DNA of 64,000 nucleotides, from positions 76,972 to 140,971 of the forward strand of contig CAZAIK010000002.1 in the NCBI GenBank assembly GCA_964485195.1, given 5' to 3'. This stretch comes from an uncultured Methanosarcinales archaeon (GTDB lineage Archaea; Nanobdellota; Nanobdellia; Woesearchaeales; CAIVOO01). Shown piece by piece: positions 19,927 through 30,683 of the stretch (the first letter of the stretch is position 1; each line of letters starts with the position of its first letter). The notes beneath the pieces were generated by a model. It was not told the DNA's origin, ran no database searches, and was given only the letters and a program-made list of their open reading frames with translations. The translations under genes and the position numbers were made by a program.

Positions 19927-20083
19927 TGTAACACCTCTCAAATTTTTTGGATTCTTACGGTATAACCCCCGTATCGCTTGAAAGAGCAAGGTGGACTATT
20001 TAAACCTTTTGGTGGTTTATAAGGCATAATGTGCTAATTTTAGGTATTTAACCACCATAATTTAGTGACTTTTTGCTCTTCAT

Positions 20084-20428
20084 CTATCTGTACAGGCTTC
20101 TCCAGAAAATTCTGGAGTCCCCTTCTTCAGGCACTTCATTGCAGAAAATAATATGGTCTTTATAATCTTCAAGAATGTGCTGTTCTAAGGCATCTGCTGC
20201 TTCATCGCCGTACATCTCTCTTATTATCCTTGTGAAAGTTTTGTTATGTAACCTCTCTTTGTGCCTGTATTTTCTTATTATCCCTCGCTCAATATCATTT
20301 GTGTAGTCAAACTCGCCCTTGGAATCTTTGCCTTTTCTGCCTGCATAACAATCCAGAAGCTCGTGGAATGGCCTGTAGTCCTTTCCGAACCTTTCAAGCG
20401 ATGATTTGCAATGGTCCTGGATTTCCAT
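20084..20428 (-). CDS. His-rich hypothetical protein (DUF6915-like)
   Basis: HCKSS..RFG.DY..FHE.LD ... RH.ERLH ... EQHILED pattern. Confidence 0.55.
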   Translation of the reverse strand: MEIQDHCKSSLERFGKDYRPFHELLDCYAGRKGKDSKGEFDYTNDIERGIIRKYRHKERLHNKTFTRIIREMYGDEAADALEQHILEDYKDHIIFCNEVPEEGDSRIFWRSLYR

Positions 20429-20439
20429 GATAATGACAA

Positions 20440-21129
20440 TTAAAGAGGCAGTCCTGATAAATCTTTGGGCCGCCAGAAAAGCTCGTGGAACAATATCCTT
20501 AATTTTGAACAGCCCATTCTCTTTGCTGCCTTTTTCCTGTATTCCGGATTTCCTGAGAATTCATAGACAAACCCAAGATGTTCAGGCCCCATTTGTTCTT
20601 CCCTTCCTGCGAACCTATCAAGAAGTTCGTGGCCGTAAATGTCAGCAAGGGGAGTCCCAAGAACCATGCCACACTTTATCCTTACACTGCTTGACACTGC
20701 CTCTTCATAAAGTATCCTTGCATCTTCCCTTAAACTGCCATCATCTTCACTAAATCCCTTTATCTCCTCAAGCACCTTGTTGTCCAGCTCCTGCAGGTTC
20801 CTGCCAAGGGCAACCCCGGAAGCATACCACACAGAAAGGCGGCTTGTTTCTGAATGTATCTCCTGCAGTTTCCTCCTTGCTTTATCCCTCAGGTTCTCGT
20901 CGGGCTCCCTGACCTCAGGCTCGTGGATCTTTGTAACTACCTCATCGTATGCATCGCTGGGTTCGCTTATGTCATAATTCAGGTTGGATCTCCCGACATA
21001 AACAACTTGCCTCTGCAAATAAGTCCTGGCCTCTTTTACAAGTATTGTTGCAGAAAGGTCGTCTGCCAGCTTTTTTACTTTTTCAATTTCATCTGCGACT
21101 GTTCCCTCAAGATTGCTTTCTCGTTCCAT
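20440..21129 (-). CDS. Hypothetical protein
   Basis: 229-aa ORF with GGAGG RBS. Confidence 0.65.
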   Translation of the reverse strand: MERESNLEGTVADEIEKVKKLADDLSATILVKEARTYLQRQVVYVGRSNLNYDISEPSDAYDEVVTKIHEPEVREPDENLRDKARRKLQEIHSETSRLSVWYASGVALGRNLQELDNKVLEEIKGFSEDDGSLREDARILYEEAVSSSVRIKCGMVLGTPLADIYGHELLDRFAGREEQMGPEHLGFVYEFSGNPEYRKKAAKRMGCSKLRILFHELFWRPKDLSGLPL

Positions 21130-21147
21130 TTTTATCCCTCCATTGCT

Positions 21148-21950
21148 TTAATATCCATAATAGCTTCCATCACCTGTGCGCATTTCCTGCTCATCAACGA
21201 TCAGCCTTTTCCAGAGCAGGTGCCTGACTGTTTTCACAACAGGCTCCTCTTCCGGCACAAAACCTTTCTCATCCAGGATGGTGACGTGAGTGTATATGCC
21301 TGAGTTGCACCTGCTTGTTCCCCGGAAATCAAAATCAATTTTCTTTTTGTCCTTGTTTTCATTAACAGCCCCTATGACAAACTGTTTCCTTCTTTCGGTG
21401 TGATGGAGTATGGTCATGTGGTCAAGGCTTTCGCAGAGATACTGGCAATGCTTTTTGTAGGTTCTGTGCAATGCTTCTGTAATATCCCATCCTGATGCAT
21501 ATTCGGTTTCCTCATTATCGCAGGAGTTTCCTAAATACATCTCTGCAGAAAGTTTCACCTTTGGCTCCTCAGGAATTTTTGCGCTTCTGCCCTGGAGCAT
21601 AAGCTCAAGCTCAATGTCCCTGCAGTCCCTGAACCTTTGGAAGGATACTCTTGCCTTTCTTTCCCTTTCCTCAATCCTGCCGGAATTGAACATAAAATCA
21701 AACAATTCCTCAAGGCCAGAACCTCTTATTTCACAGACAGATACATAAAATCTGGCGGTGTCTTCTGCATGCGTGTAATTTCCGCTGCGGCATTCCTCTA
21801 TTAGCTTTTCCTCATCCAGCTGGACAAGGCAGATTTTATTTCCTGAACTGGCCGCACGATGTATAAAGTGCTCATCTATGCAGGTCCTTTCCTGTTTTAT
21901 CTTCTCTTTTTTGACTGTGTATTTTTCTATTATCTTCTTGCACCCCTGTA
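21148..21950 (-). CDS. Hypothetical protein; frame stays open about 80 codons upstream of the TTG at 21705 without ATG/GTG/TTG
   Basis: Manual translation ...KIIEKYTVKKEKIKQERTCIDEHF...GLEELFDF continuous with the track ORF. Confidence 0.55.
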
Positions 21951-22069
21951 TTTAAGTACCATAAAACAGCATTTAGAGAGCTCATAACCTATAAATAAGT
22001 TTCCTACCATTTATCGATAAAATGTGTGAAAAAGAAACCTTTAAATAGGCAGAGAACATTGTAAACACT

Positions 22070-22978
22070 ATGGTTGGCATAAAAGTCCTTACAGAACTGA
22101 AGACAAGATACGGTCTTAGCGAGAAGCATATGCTGGTGCTCAAGACCCTCAGAAACAAGGATTTGCCAGCAAAGAGGATATCTTCAAAGACAGACATCTC
22201 CCTTGGGAGATTGTATGAATATCTCAATGACCTCCTTTCATATGGTCTTATCGAAAAAAAGGGGAAAAAACCAAGCGTTTACAGTACAGAGAAGATGGAC
22301 GAAAAAGTGCGGAATTTTCTCAGGATACGCTTTGACAAGACCGTGAGGGATGAGAAAGCGCTAATGGACCTTCTGAGGAAGAGGGACATGAAGGATTATG
22401 TTGAGGTGACAAAGACCAAGGAGGATTTTATTTACACCCAGCTCAAGATGCTCGGCTCCTGCAGGAAGCTCTATACAATCACAAGGTTCGGCTCAATACC
22501 CTTTCTTTTATACCCCTCCAGCAATGAGAAGTTTGTTGCCTTCAGAAAGGCGGTTGTCAAGGCCCGCCCCAACCTTGCAGGCTCTTCTTATGAAACAGTA
22601 GTGATGATAAACAAGGCATATGCAGAGGCTTACAGGGAAAACAAGAAAATGGTTGCTATCGTGTGCAGGGAAAGTTTTGACTTCCATATGAGCCTTGCAA
22701 GAAAGGAGCTCGGAGAGGATTTTTACCAGTCGATGATAGATGAATTGAAAAAAAGGATGAAAGACTACAGCGTAAAGATATATCTTATTGACGAATTTAA
22801 CCCCGCGCAGATTTTCATAAATGATGACACAGTGTATGTTTCCATAGTGCACGGGGGCTCCACCTTCGGCACGATAATACACAGCATGGACGCTACAGAC
22901 ATCTACAACCACGTTTTTGAGGGTATGGTTGAGAGGGGAATTCCCCTCAGGGATTACCTAAAAGGGGTTGCCAATTAA
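22070..22978 (+). CDS. TrmB-family transcriptional regulator
   Basis: YGLSE..VL..L...ISLGRLYEYLNDLLSYGLIE wHTH plus C-terminal effector domain. Confidence 0.85.
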   Translation: MVGIKVLTELKTRYGLSEKHMLVLKTLRNKDLPAKRISSKTDISLGRLYEYLNDLLSYGLIEKKGKKPSVYSTEKMDEKVRNFLRIRFDKTVRDEKALMDLLRKRDMKDYVEVTKTKEDFIYTQLKMLGSCRKLYTITRFGSIPFLLYPSSNEKFVAFRKAVVKARPNLAGSSYETVVMINKAYAEAYRENKKMVAIVCRESFDFHMSLARKELGEDFYQSMIDELKKRMKDYSVKIYLIDEFNPAQIFINDDTVYVSIVHGGSTFGTIIHSMDATDIYNHVFEGMVERGIPLRDYLKGVAN

Positions 22979-22984
22979 AAAATT

Positions 22985-24667
22985 TCATTTATGCCCGAAC
23001 CAGAATTCCATTTTCTTTTTGTTGTCCAGCCTCGCAAAGCCGAACCTTTCAAACTGGCAGGTGCTGCCTTCCTCTATCTCCTTCACTGTTTCCTCAGCTT
23101 TTCCCTTAACGACTGAATTGTCAGGCATCCTCACTGAAGCGTCAGCATTGCCTTGCTGGGGGAGCCAGTGCATTATCTTCTTCCCTTTTTTCCTGAAAGT
23201 CTCGTAATCCTCGGAGTCAAAGACAAATTCCTTTCCCCTCCTCACGAAATTCACGCAGTCCATCAGCCTGTAAAGCTGGCCTTCTTTTATTGAATCAAAA
23301 TCATCTTTTGCTATCAAAAATTTTTCATTTGTCTTGAAAACCCTTCTCCCTCTTTTGGGAAAGTCCGGATGCTTCAGCAATCCCGCTTTTTTCACAGGGG
23401 AATCCTTAATTGTTATCTTCACAGGCTCCTTGACGAAGAAATACCTGTTTGACTCCTTGTCAATGATGTCCCTGTTGCAGGCGTTGATTAATTTGAAGAA
23501 GTCATCAGATGAAACTGTCTTGTCTGTTTGGGAAGGCCCTATGTCAATTGCGAAATTAACAAAGGTGTCTGGCTGGTACCCCCTTTTTCTCAGGGCTTTC
23601 AAAAAAGGCAGCCTTATGTCATCCCATCCCGAGAACTCCCCTGCGTCAATCCTGAATTTTGTCTTGGTGCAGCTGACCTCAAAGCCCTTGAAGTTTATCC
23701 TTCCCACAAATTTTGTTTCAGGAACCTTCTTGTTCAGGTATTTGTAGATAAACTCCTGTTTTTTGGCATTGTCCATATGGTCCTTCCCCCTTATTATGTG
23801 GGTCATGCCTGCTTCAATGTCATCCACAGAAACTGCAAGGTTCATCAGGGGCCAAACCCTGTATTTTGTTCCTGTCCTGGGATGATTTGAGTCCTTTATC
23901 CTCACGGCGGGCCAGTCCCTTATTGCAGGGTTCCTGTGCTTCATGTCTGTCTTAACCCTCACCACAGCGTCCCCCTCCTTGTATTTGCTGAACATTTTTT
24001 CCCATCTTTCTGCCTGGTCCTCATAGGGAAGGTTCCTGCAGGGGCAGGCTTCCTTCTTGTCAAGAAGGGTCTTGAAATGCTCAGAACTGCAGGTGCATAC
24101 ATAAGCGTGGCCTGTCTTTATCAGCTTTTCAGCATAATAATAGTACTTGTCCATGTGGTCTGACTGGAACTGCACCTCCTCTATCTTGTTGTTGGTCATC
24201 CATTTTGCATCCTCAACAATCATTTCATACGATGAGAAGTATATGTTGTCAGGGTTTGTGTCAGAAATCCTCAGAATAAACTTTCCGCCGTATTTCTCGC
24301 AATAGGTATGGTTCAGCCCAAGCATGTAGGCGTGCCCTATGTGCAAAGGCCCTGAAGGACTGGGCTCAAAGCGCATAATAACCTTCCCTTTTTTCGCATT
24401 CTTAAGTTCAGGCAGCTTCTTCTTTTCCTGCTCCTTTTTCTCAAGAAGCTCGGGGGCTGTTTTTTCCAGCTCTTTTAGCTGTTCCTCAACAGTAAGCTTG
24501 GATGTTTCACTGATTGCTTTCTGAATCTCCTCTTTTAATTTTCCGATATCCTTCTTCAGCTCAGGATTCTCGCCAATGACTTTCCCGATTACAGCTCCTG
24601 CCTGGGGCTTGCCATTAAACCTTATGGAATTCTGAAGAACATACTTCCTTATTGTTTCCTTGCCCAT
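22985..24667 (-). CDS. gltX: Glutamyl-tRNA synthetase (archaeal)
   Basis: RFEPSPSGPLHIGH, IRGKDH, QFERFGFAR. Confidence 0.97.
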   Translation of the reverse strand: MGKETIRKYVLQNSIRFNGKPQAGAVIGKVIGENPELKKDIGKLKEEIQKAISETSKLTVEEQLKELEKTAPELLEKKEQEKKKLPELKNAKKGKVIMRFEPSPSGPLHIGHAYMLGLNHTYCEKYGGKFILRISDTNPDNIYFSSYEMIVEDAKWMTNNKIEEVQFQSDHMDKYYYYAEKLIKTGHAYVCTCSSEHFKTLLDKKEACPCRNLPYEDQAERWEKMFSKYKEGDAVVRVKTDMKHRNPAIRDWPAVRIKDSNHPRTGTKYRVWPLMNLAVSVDDIEAGMTHIIRGKDHMDNAKKQEFIYKYLNKKVPETKFVGRINFKGFEVSCTKTKFRIDAGEFSGWDDIRLPFLKALRKRGYQPDTFVNFAIDIGPSQTDKTVSSDDFFKLINACNRDIIDKESNRYFFVKEPVKITIKDSPVKKAGLLKHPDFPKRGRRVFKTNEKFLIAKDDFDSIKEGQLYRLMDCVNFVRRGKEFVFDSEDYETFRKKGKKIMHWLPQQGNADASVRMPDNSVVKGKAEETVKEIEEGSTCQFERFGFARLDNKKKMEFWFGHK

Positions 24668-24742
24668 TTTTTATGTAGTTTTGACTTGCTTATTTAAATC
24701 TTTTAATAATTTTTATAAATAAAACAAAAATTCAGGGGTTAT

Positions 24743-24841
24743 GGGCCGGTAGTTTAAAGGCAGAATCCGCCATTGGCTATGGTGAGACCCGGGTTCGATT
24801 TGCTGAGACTTATGTTTCGCTCGGAAATCCCGGCCGGTCCA
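24743..24841 (+). tRNA. tRNA-Ala(GGC) with an approximately 28-nt non-canonical intron in the T-loop (about 24800-24827)
   Basis: Acceptor GGGCCGG/CCGGTCC with G3:U70, A73; anticodon arm CGCCA-TTGGCTA-TGGTG; T arm CCGGG-TTCGA..insert..T-CCCGG. Confidence 0.85.
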
Positions 24842-25043
24842 TAAATACCCTATATATGCGGTTTACAGCAGGTTTTTGCAATTTTCAGGCAAAGATTTTT
24901 AAACCTTCGTGTAATAATGATTAACCTGCTAAAAAACCCGATATGGGGGTTAAAAGAGCTAATAGGGGCGTATTGCAGTCTGATTAGGCTGGAATTGCTT
25001 AAAAAGCTTTCAAATCCAAAAAAAAGTAAAAGGAGGGAGTATT

Positions 25044-26330
25044 ATGGCAAAAGACAAAGAACACGTGAATCTTGTATTCATAGGACACGTAGATCACGGT
25101 AAATCCACTACTGTAGGCAGGCTGCTGTTTGACACCGGCAACATAGAGGAGCAGGCGATGAGGAAGCTAAAAGACAAGGCTACACAGCTTGGAAAGGCAG
25201 GTTTTGAATTTGCATTTGTAATGGACAACCTTAAGGAAGAGCAGGAGAGGGGAGTAACCATAGACCTCTCCCACAAGAGGTTTGACACGGACAAGTATTA
25301 TTTCACAATTATCGACGCGCCGGGCCACAGGGACTTCATCAAGAATATGATTACAGGAGCGTCCCAGGCAGACGCAGCTGTCGTGGTTGTGGCTGCGAAC
25401 GACGGGGTTATGGCCCAGACCAAGGAGCACATCTTCCTTGCAAAGACAATGGGCGTAAACCAGGTAGTCATAGCAGTGAACAAGATGGATATGGTCCAGT
25501 ACGACCAGAAGAGGTTTGAGGAAGTCAAGAAGGATGTTAACGACCTGCTGAAAACAGTGGGTTACAATCCTGAGACAGTAAAGTTCGTGCCCATCGCATC
25601 ATTCCCTGGAGATAATGTCGTCAAGAAAAGTGACAAGCTTTCCTGGTTTGACGGCCCAACACTCCTGGAGGCGCTGGACGGGCTTAACAACCCTGAAAAG
25701 CCCGTGGACCTTCCACTTAGGCTTCCTATCCAGGACGTTTACCAGATTGCAGGAATAGGAACAGTGCCTGTGGGGAAAGTGCTTACAGGTGTTATGAAAG
25801 TTGGAGACCCTGTCATAGTTGTTCCTGCCAGGGACGGCAAGGGAGCAAAGGGTGAGGTCAAGTCAATAGAGATGCACCACGAGCAGCTTAAGGAAGCCAA
25901 CCCTGGAGACAACATAGGATTCGTGGTGAGGGGAATTGACAAGAAGGCCATAGCAAGGGGAGATGTTCTGGGAAAAACAAACAACGTTCCAACAGTTGCC
26001 ACTGAATTCACGGCGCAGATTGTGGTGCTTAACCATCCCACTGTCATAACTGTTGGTTACAGCCCTGTGTTCCACCTGCACACAGCACAGGTTTCCTGCA
26101 GAATCACGGAAATACAGAAAAAGCTGAACCCTGCAACAGGAGAGGTACTTGAGGAAAACCCTGACTTCGTAAAGAACGGGGACGCGGCAATAGTGAAGGT
26201 TATTCCAAACCAGCCGCTCTGCATTGAAAAGCAGAAGGAAATTCCCCAGATGTCCAGGTTCGCAATAAGGGATTCAGGCGCTACTGTGTCAGTAGGTATG
26301 TGCATGGACCTTGTGAAAAAAGAAATTTAA
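25044..26330 (+). CDS. tuf: Translation elongation factor EF-1 alpha
   Basis: [21 protein letters not shown]. Confidence 0.98.
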   Translation: MAKDKEHVNLVFIGHVDHGKSTTVGRLLFDTGNIEEQAMRKLKDKATQLGKAGFEFAFVMDNLKEEQERGVTIDLSHKRFDTDKYYFTIIDAPGHRDFIKNMITGASQADAAVVVVAANDGVMAQTKEHIFLAKTMGVNQVVIAVNKMDMVQYDQKRFEEVKKDVNDLLKTVGYNPETVKFVPIASFPGDNVVKKSDKLSWFDGPTLLEALDGLNNPEKPVDLPLRLPIQDVYQIAGIGTVPVGKVLTGVMKVGDPVIVVPARDGKGAKGEVKSIEMHHEQLKEANPGDNIGFVVRGIDKKAIARGDVLGKTNNVPTVATEFTAQIVVLNHPTVITVGYSPVFHLHTAQVSCRITEIQKKLNPATGEVLEENPDFVKNGDAAIVKVIPNQPLCIEKQKEIPQMSRFAIRDSGATVSVGMCMDLVKKEI

Positions 26331-26382
26331 TTTTTTATTTTTCAAATTTCATAATGAATAAAATTCATTATGGGGTACACAA

Positions 26383-26694
26383 ATGCAAAAGGCAAGGATA
26401 AAAATAGCGAGCGGTAACATAGGCAAAGTTAACGAAGTATGCAATTACATAAAGGACATAGCGGAAAAGACCGGAGTAGAGATGAGAGGGCCGGTTCCGC
26501 TTCCCACAAAGAAAATGAAGGTCGCCACCAGGAAAAGCGTTTGCGGCGACGGCACGGCAACGTGGGAAAGGTATGAGATGAGAATTCACAAAAGGCTTAT
26601 TGACCTGGGAATTGACGAGAGAGCGCTAAGGCTTGTCATGCGTGTGCCCATACCAGAAGGACTTAACATTGAGATTGAGATGATTGAGGCTTAA
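26383..26694 (+). CDS. rps10: 30S ribosomal protein S10
   Basis: [18 protein letters not shown]. Confidence 0.97.
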   Translation: MQKARIKIASGNIGKVNEVCNYIKDIAEKTGVEMRGPVPLPTKKMKVATRKSVCGDGTATWERYEMRIHKRLIDLGIDERALRLVMRVPIPEGLNIEIEMIEA

Positions 26695-26739
26695 CTTCTT
26701 TTTTCGTGTTTGGATGAGTGGAAGGTGAATATGCAGTGG

Positions 26740-28158
26740 GAAAACCAGGAACACGAGGAAACATTGTTCAGGATTTGCAGGGTTGCCAGCTGGTATGACT
26801 TTGCCAAGACTCTTGAGCACTGCATGGGCGGTCCAAAGCTGGTTGAGTTATGCAATAGCCTGTTCAGCTCAAACTTCAAGCCCTGGCTGAAGCTCAATGC
26901 GCTGGAAAGAAATAATGTCATTTCTTTCGCAAGCGTTTCCTTGATGTATGATCCTGCAGTTGATTTGGGCTTTCCTGAGGTAAGTGAAAAAGATAAAGAA
27001 GCGTCCCTGAAAGTATTGAAGGCGATTGGGGGCAAGAAAGGAAAACATCTTGAGAAAAGGGTTGCAAAATACATAAAAGCTGTTAACAAGGAGGCAAATG
27101 AAGTCATAGAGCAGGTAAATGAGGCAAGTCTTTGCGAGCTTTCTGAAATGGTTGACCAAGCCCTGCATTCCCGTCAAAAAAGATGGAGGCTTTTCTGGGC
27201 CCTGGCAACAGACCGCAAGACGACAAGGCTGAACGAGCTGAAAAGGCTGAAATACACAGATCCCGAAGAGGTGGAACAGGAATTTTCCTTCATAATGAAG
27301 CACAGGGACAAGATTGGAAAACTCAACGAGGGCTGGGAAGCTGAGCTGGAGCTGGATGTTGAGCTGGCAAGAAGAGCGCTCATTCAGTACAGGGCCTATA
27401 GGCAGGGGGTTTGTTTTGACGAGGAATTCTATTATCAGCAAATAATTGCAGACCTTGAGGAGGAGCTGGAAATATACTCGCAAAGCACAGGTAATCTTTA
27501 CAGCAGGATTGGCGAGATGGAATCGCAATTAGGTAAGATTCCTGAATTAAAAAAAGAGCTTGAGGTTAAAGAAAGCCAGAAAAGCGGACTGGAGCAGCAA
27601 ATCAAGGTTTTGGAATTGAAAATTGAAAGTGCGCGGCAGCCGGCGGAGGTAAAGTCTCCTGAGCAGGAAGAGCTTGATTATGCAAGGCAAAAGCTTAAGG
27701 AAGCAGAGGAAGAAAAAGGGAGGCTGAGCAGTATGGTTGCAGGATCTGAGAGCAAAATCAATCAGCTGGAAGATGAGGCAGGCCAGAGGGAAAAAACAAT
27801 TCAAAATTTCAGGGGCCTGGTCGAGCTGGCAAGCATCAGGGAGTTAATGAGGGATTATTTCGTGGACAAGAAAGTGCTGGTGGTTAAAAGGCAGAAGGGG
27901 GATGATGAGAAGTACCAAAGGGCAGTTGAGCAATTCTGCCCCTCGGTTGAGGTGATTAACCCTTCCCTGAACAGTTCAGCTTCTGAAAAATTGGCCAGTT
28001 CCTCCTATACCCACGCACTGCTGATCACGGGAAGCCTCACACATGAGGAAACCAATTCAGTTGAGCCAGGGAAAAGAATAATACTGCCAGGAAAGGATGT
28101 TTCCAGGATTCCAGGAGTGATGCTGGCGGCAATACCTCCCCATTATAAAGAAAGATAG
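26740..28158 (+). CDS. Coiled-coil protein with C-terminal DUF2325-like domain
   Basis: Long heptad region; C-terminal KVLVV...ALLITGSLTH Rossmannoid pattern. Confidence 0.6.
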   Translation, partial: ENQEHEETLFRICRVASWYDFAKTLEHCMGGPKLVELCNSLFSSNFKPWLKLNALERNNVISFASVSLMYDPAVDLGFPEVSEKDKEASLKVLKAIGGKKGKHLEKRVAKYIKAVNKEANEVIEQVNEASLCELSEMVDQALHSRQKRWRLFWALATDRKTTRLNELKRLKYTDPEEVEQEFSFIMKHRDKIGKLNEGWEAELELDVELARRALIQYRAYRQGVCFDEEFYYQQIIADLEEELEIYSQSTGNLYSRIGEMESQLGKIPELKKELEVKESQKSGLEQQIKVLELKIESARQPAEVKSPEQEELDYARQKLKEAEEEKGRLSSMVAGSESKINQLEDEAGQREKTIQNFRGLVELASIRELMRDYFVDKKVLVVKRQKGDDEKYQRAVEQFCPSVEVINPSLNSSASEKLASSSYTHALLITGSLTHEETNSVEPGKRIILPGKDVSRIPGVMLAAIPPHYKER

Positions 28159-28242
28159 CAGTTATTAAGGATGTGCACATAGAGCAAATGGCGGTATCAC
28201 TACCTTAAACTTTATAAATAAATGAATTTCTTCCAAAAACGT

Positions 28243-28370
28243 GCCGCAATCGCATAATCTGGTATTGCGCAAGCCTGGAAACTTGGGCGCAAGGCCAAGT
28301 CCCGAGCGCGCCTGAGCGCGAGGACAGCTTGTCCCGTAAGGGATTCCCGGTTCAAATCCGGGTTGCGGCG
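28243..28370 (+). tRNA. tRNA-Ser(GGA) with a 45-nt intron at 37/38 (28281-28325)
   Basis: GCCGCAA/TTGCGGC acceptor, G73, long variable arm TCCCGTAAGGGA, TTCAAAT T-loop. Confidence 0.9.
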
Positions 28371-28380
28371 TTTTAAGTTT

Positions 28381-28878
28381 TCAGAAAGTTTGTTTTCTTG
28401 ACCACTCACCCAAATATTCCCCTTTCAGGTGCTTGTCCAGAAGCTCAAGCTCTTCGTAAATGCCGTCGATAAGCTCGTATTTCCTTGCCTCTTCCAGGGT
28501 GACCCAGGCGTATTCTGTCAGCTCAGGGGAAAGCTTTACCTTGTCCTCATTGGTATGGGCAAACATGCTCGCAACAAGTGTGGGAATGCCGTCGGGCCTT
28601 ATGAATATCAGGCTGGTGAGGTATTTCATCCTGTCCACTTCAATCCCCACTTCCTCCCTTACCTCGCGCTTGCATATGTCCTCAAAGATGTTGTACCACT
28701 GGCAGCTTGTGTCGCAGGGCCTGTTCCTGTAGTCAGAAACCTCAAGCTTTCCGCCGGGGACGGTCCACATGTTTGGGAATGACTTTTCCTTTCCCGACCT
28801 TTTTGCTATGAGAAATTTGCCATCCTTAACCAGGATGCAGGTAGCCACCACGTAATGGGCCTTTTCCGAGTCATACAT
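28381..28878 (-). CDS. NUDIX hydrolase
   Basis: PGGKLE...REVREEVGI. Confidence 0.9.
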   Translation of the reverse strand: MYDSEKAHYVVATCILVKDGKFLIAKRSGKEKSFPNMWTVPGGKLEVSDYRNRPCDTSCQWYNIFEDICKREVREEVGIEVDRMKYLTSLIFIRPDGIPTLVASMFAHTNEDKVKLSPELTEYAWVTLEEARKYELIDGIYEELELLDKHLKGEYLGEWSRKQTF

Positions 28879-28933
28879 GGTCTTAAAAGCCTATCTAAAT
28901 CTTTAAAAATTATTCCTCAATATTCCTTGAGTA

Positions 28934-29614
28934 ATGCTCTCAAAAAACCAGAAGATAAATGACATATTCCGGCAGTTTCTTTATGCTGACAAATTGAAAT
29001 TCAGCGAGATAGAGAGGAAAACAGGGATAAGGTCCAACGAGCTTGCCTATCTTGTTAAGAGAATGGTTAGGGAGGGCATTCTTGAGAAAAGCAATGAGCA
29101 TTATGTGGTGTCTGAGGAATATGAAAAGCACATTCCCCTTTTTCCGGAGGCAAGCGAGACAACCCCCCTGCCTGTCGTTCTTGTGGCCTGCCTTAGTGAC
29201 GGAAAAATACTGCTTGTCAAAAGAAAGAAAAGGGCGTACAAGGATTATTGGAGTCTTCCCGGCGGGAGAATCAGGACAGGCGAAACTTTAAAGGAAGCCT
29301 CATTAAGAATTCTTAAGGAAAAAACTTTCATTGACGCGGATTTTGTTTCTGTCAACGCAGTGCTGCACGAGCATTACGGCAAGGGGAAAAACGTCAAGAA
29401 TGCTTTCATCCTCTTCCTGACAAGGGCGAAAGCCCTTAATGAGATTAAGGAAAAGGAGCACTTGAAATATTTTGGCAGGGATGAAACCAAAAACATAAAC
29501 ATGGTTCCTTCTGACCTGTGGCTGATTGAGAACAGGCTTGACAAAAACATTGACGTCAGGGAGGAGATGCTTGAGGAAACAAAAGGAAGGCTTTCTATGA
29601 AGCTGCTGAACTAA
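28934..29614 (+). CDS. wHTH-NUDIX fusion (NrtR-like regulator, reversed domain order)
   Basis: N-terminal KFSEI...SNELAY wHTH; LPGGRIRTGETL...RILKEKT degenerate Nudix box. Confidence 0.8.
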   Translation: MLSKNQKINDIFRQFLYADKLKFSEIERKTGIRSNELAYLVKRMVREGILEKSNEHYVVSEEYEKHIPLFPEASETTPLPVVLVACLSDGKILLVKRKKRAYKDYWSLPGGRIRTGETLKEASLRILKEKTFIDADFVSVNAVLHEHYGKGKNVKNAFILFLTRAKALNEIKEKEHLKYFGRDETKNINMVPSDLWLIENRLDKNIDVREEMLEETKGRLSMKLLN

Positions 29615-30282
29615 TCCTCTCTGGGATTAACGACGTAAATGCCCCTTTCACTCGGCTTGAACATAATCCTGTCATTTACGCTGAAAATTTCCTCAGCTAT
29701 CCTGTAGTCAATGGACTTTCTCCTTCCCCTTGCAAAGCCGTGGCTCCTGTGTCCGCCGTCCATCTCCACGTGCTCATAATCGAGAATGACAGGCTTCATA
29801 TGATGCCCCCTTAATGATTCCTCCAGCCTTGCTGTTTCAGGCTGGAAGTAAACAAGAGTTTTTGAAACAATATCTTCAGGCTCCACCAGGTCTTCCTGCA
29901 GTTCCAGGACTTCCTTTTCCAAGGCCCTTAGATGAACCATCTTGTTGATGTCTTCCTGGCTGTAGCATTTCAGGCTTTTTTCCTGGCCTTTCCTAAATCC
30001 CCTCCCGGCCATCCTTACCATAAAGTTTGAGCCGTCCTTGTAGAATATGTTTGACAGCAGCAAATCATTTTCCCTGCAATGGATGAGCGTCCTCCTTAAG
30101 TCGCTCGCAGGAATCTTCCTGCTGTGGAGCAGAAGCCTCATTTTCTTCGGGTTTTCTATTTTTTCAGGGTCCTGTGTCAGTAGAATCTGGCTTTCGTCAG
30201 CCTGCAGTACCTGGTATCCTGATTCCTCTATCAGTCCTGCTGTGAAATCCCTCATCCTTTGTTTTTGGGCTCTTGAAACCAT
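29611..30282 (-). CDS. Hypothetical protein
   Basis: ORF from MVSRAQKQRM with GGAG RBS. Confidence 0.6.
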   Translation of the reverse strand: MVSRAQKQRMRDFTAGLIEESGYQVLQADESQILLTQDPEKIENPKKMRLLLHSRKIPASDLRRTLIHCRENDLLLSNIFYKDGSNFMVRMAGRGFRKGQEKSLKCYSQEDINKMVHLRALEKEVLELQEDLVEPEDIVSKTLVYFQPETARLEESLRGHHMKPVILDYEHVEMDGGHRSHGFARGRRKSIDYRIAEEIFSVNDRIMFKPSERGIYVVNPRED

Positions 30283-30398
30283 ATCTCCTGGTGAAAAACC
30301 CCTCTTTATAAAGCTTTCTTTATTGGCCAGTGGTGTAAATTTTTTGTAAAGTTTTTTAAACAGCAGACTCTTTGAAAACAAAAAAAGGAGGCGGTAAT

Positions 30399-30614
30399 AT
30401 GGAAAAGGACTGCAACTATGACAAGGCCAAGCTTATCCATCACATTGCAAAGCTGAATCACTTCATAAACAAGCACGCCATTGAGGACGCAAAAGCAGCA
30501 GGGCATCCACATTGCGAGTCAATGTACAGGGAGATTGCAGAGCAGCTTGAGGAATCCCTCAAAAAGCTGAAGCAGGCAGTGACAGGCCTGGCAAAGGAAG
30601 ACAAGTTTGAATAA
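30399..30614 (+). CDS. Small helical His/Cys protein (ferritin-like half-domain?)
   Basis: NYDKAKLIH...HAIEDA...GHPHC; strong GGAGG RBS. Confidence 0.65.
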   Translation: MEKDCNYDKAKLIHHIAKLNHFINKHAIEDAKAAGHPHCESMYREIAEQLEESLKKLKQAVTGLAKEDKFE

Positions 30615-30683
30615 TTATTTTGTTTTTATACCAAAACTTTTTTATAATTTCTATCAGGCAGGCGTCCCCAGACGAGGGTATTC

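Noticed and set aside
28281..28325. tRNA-Ser intron as a C/D guide (contains CTGA)
   Set aside because: CTGA sits in a hairpin loop, there is no C-box-like partner, and the upstream sequence is not complementary to the tRNA
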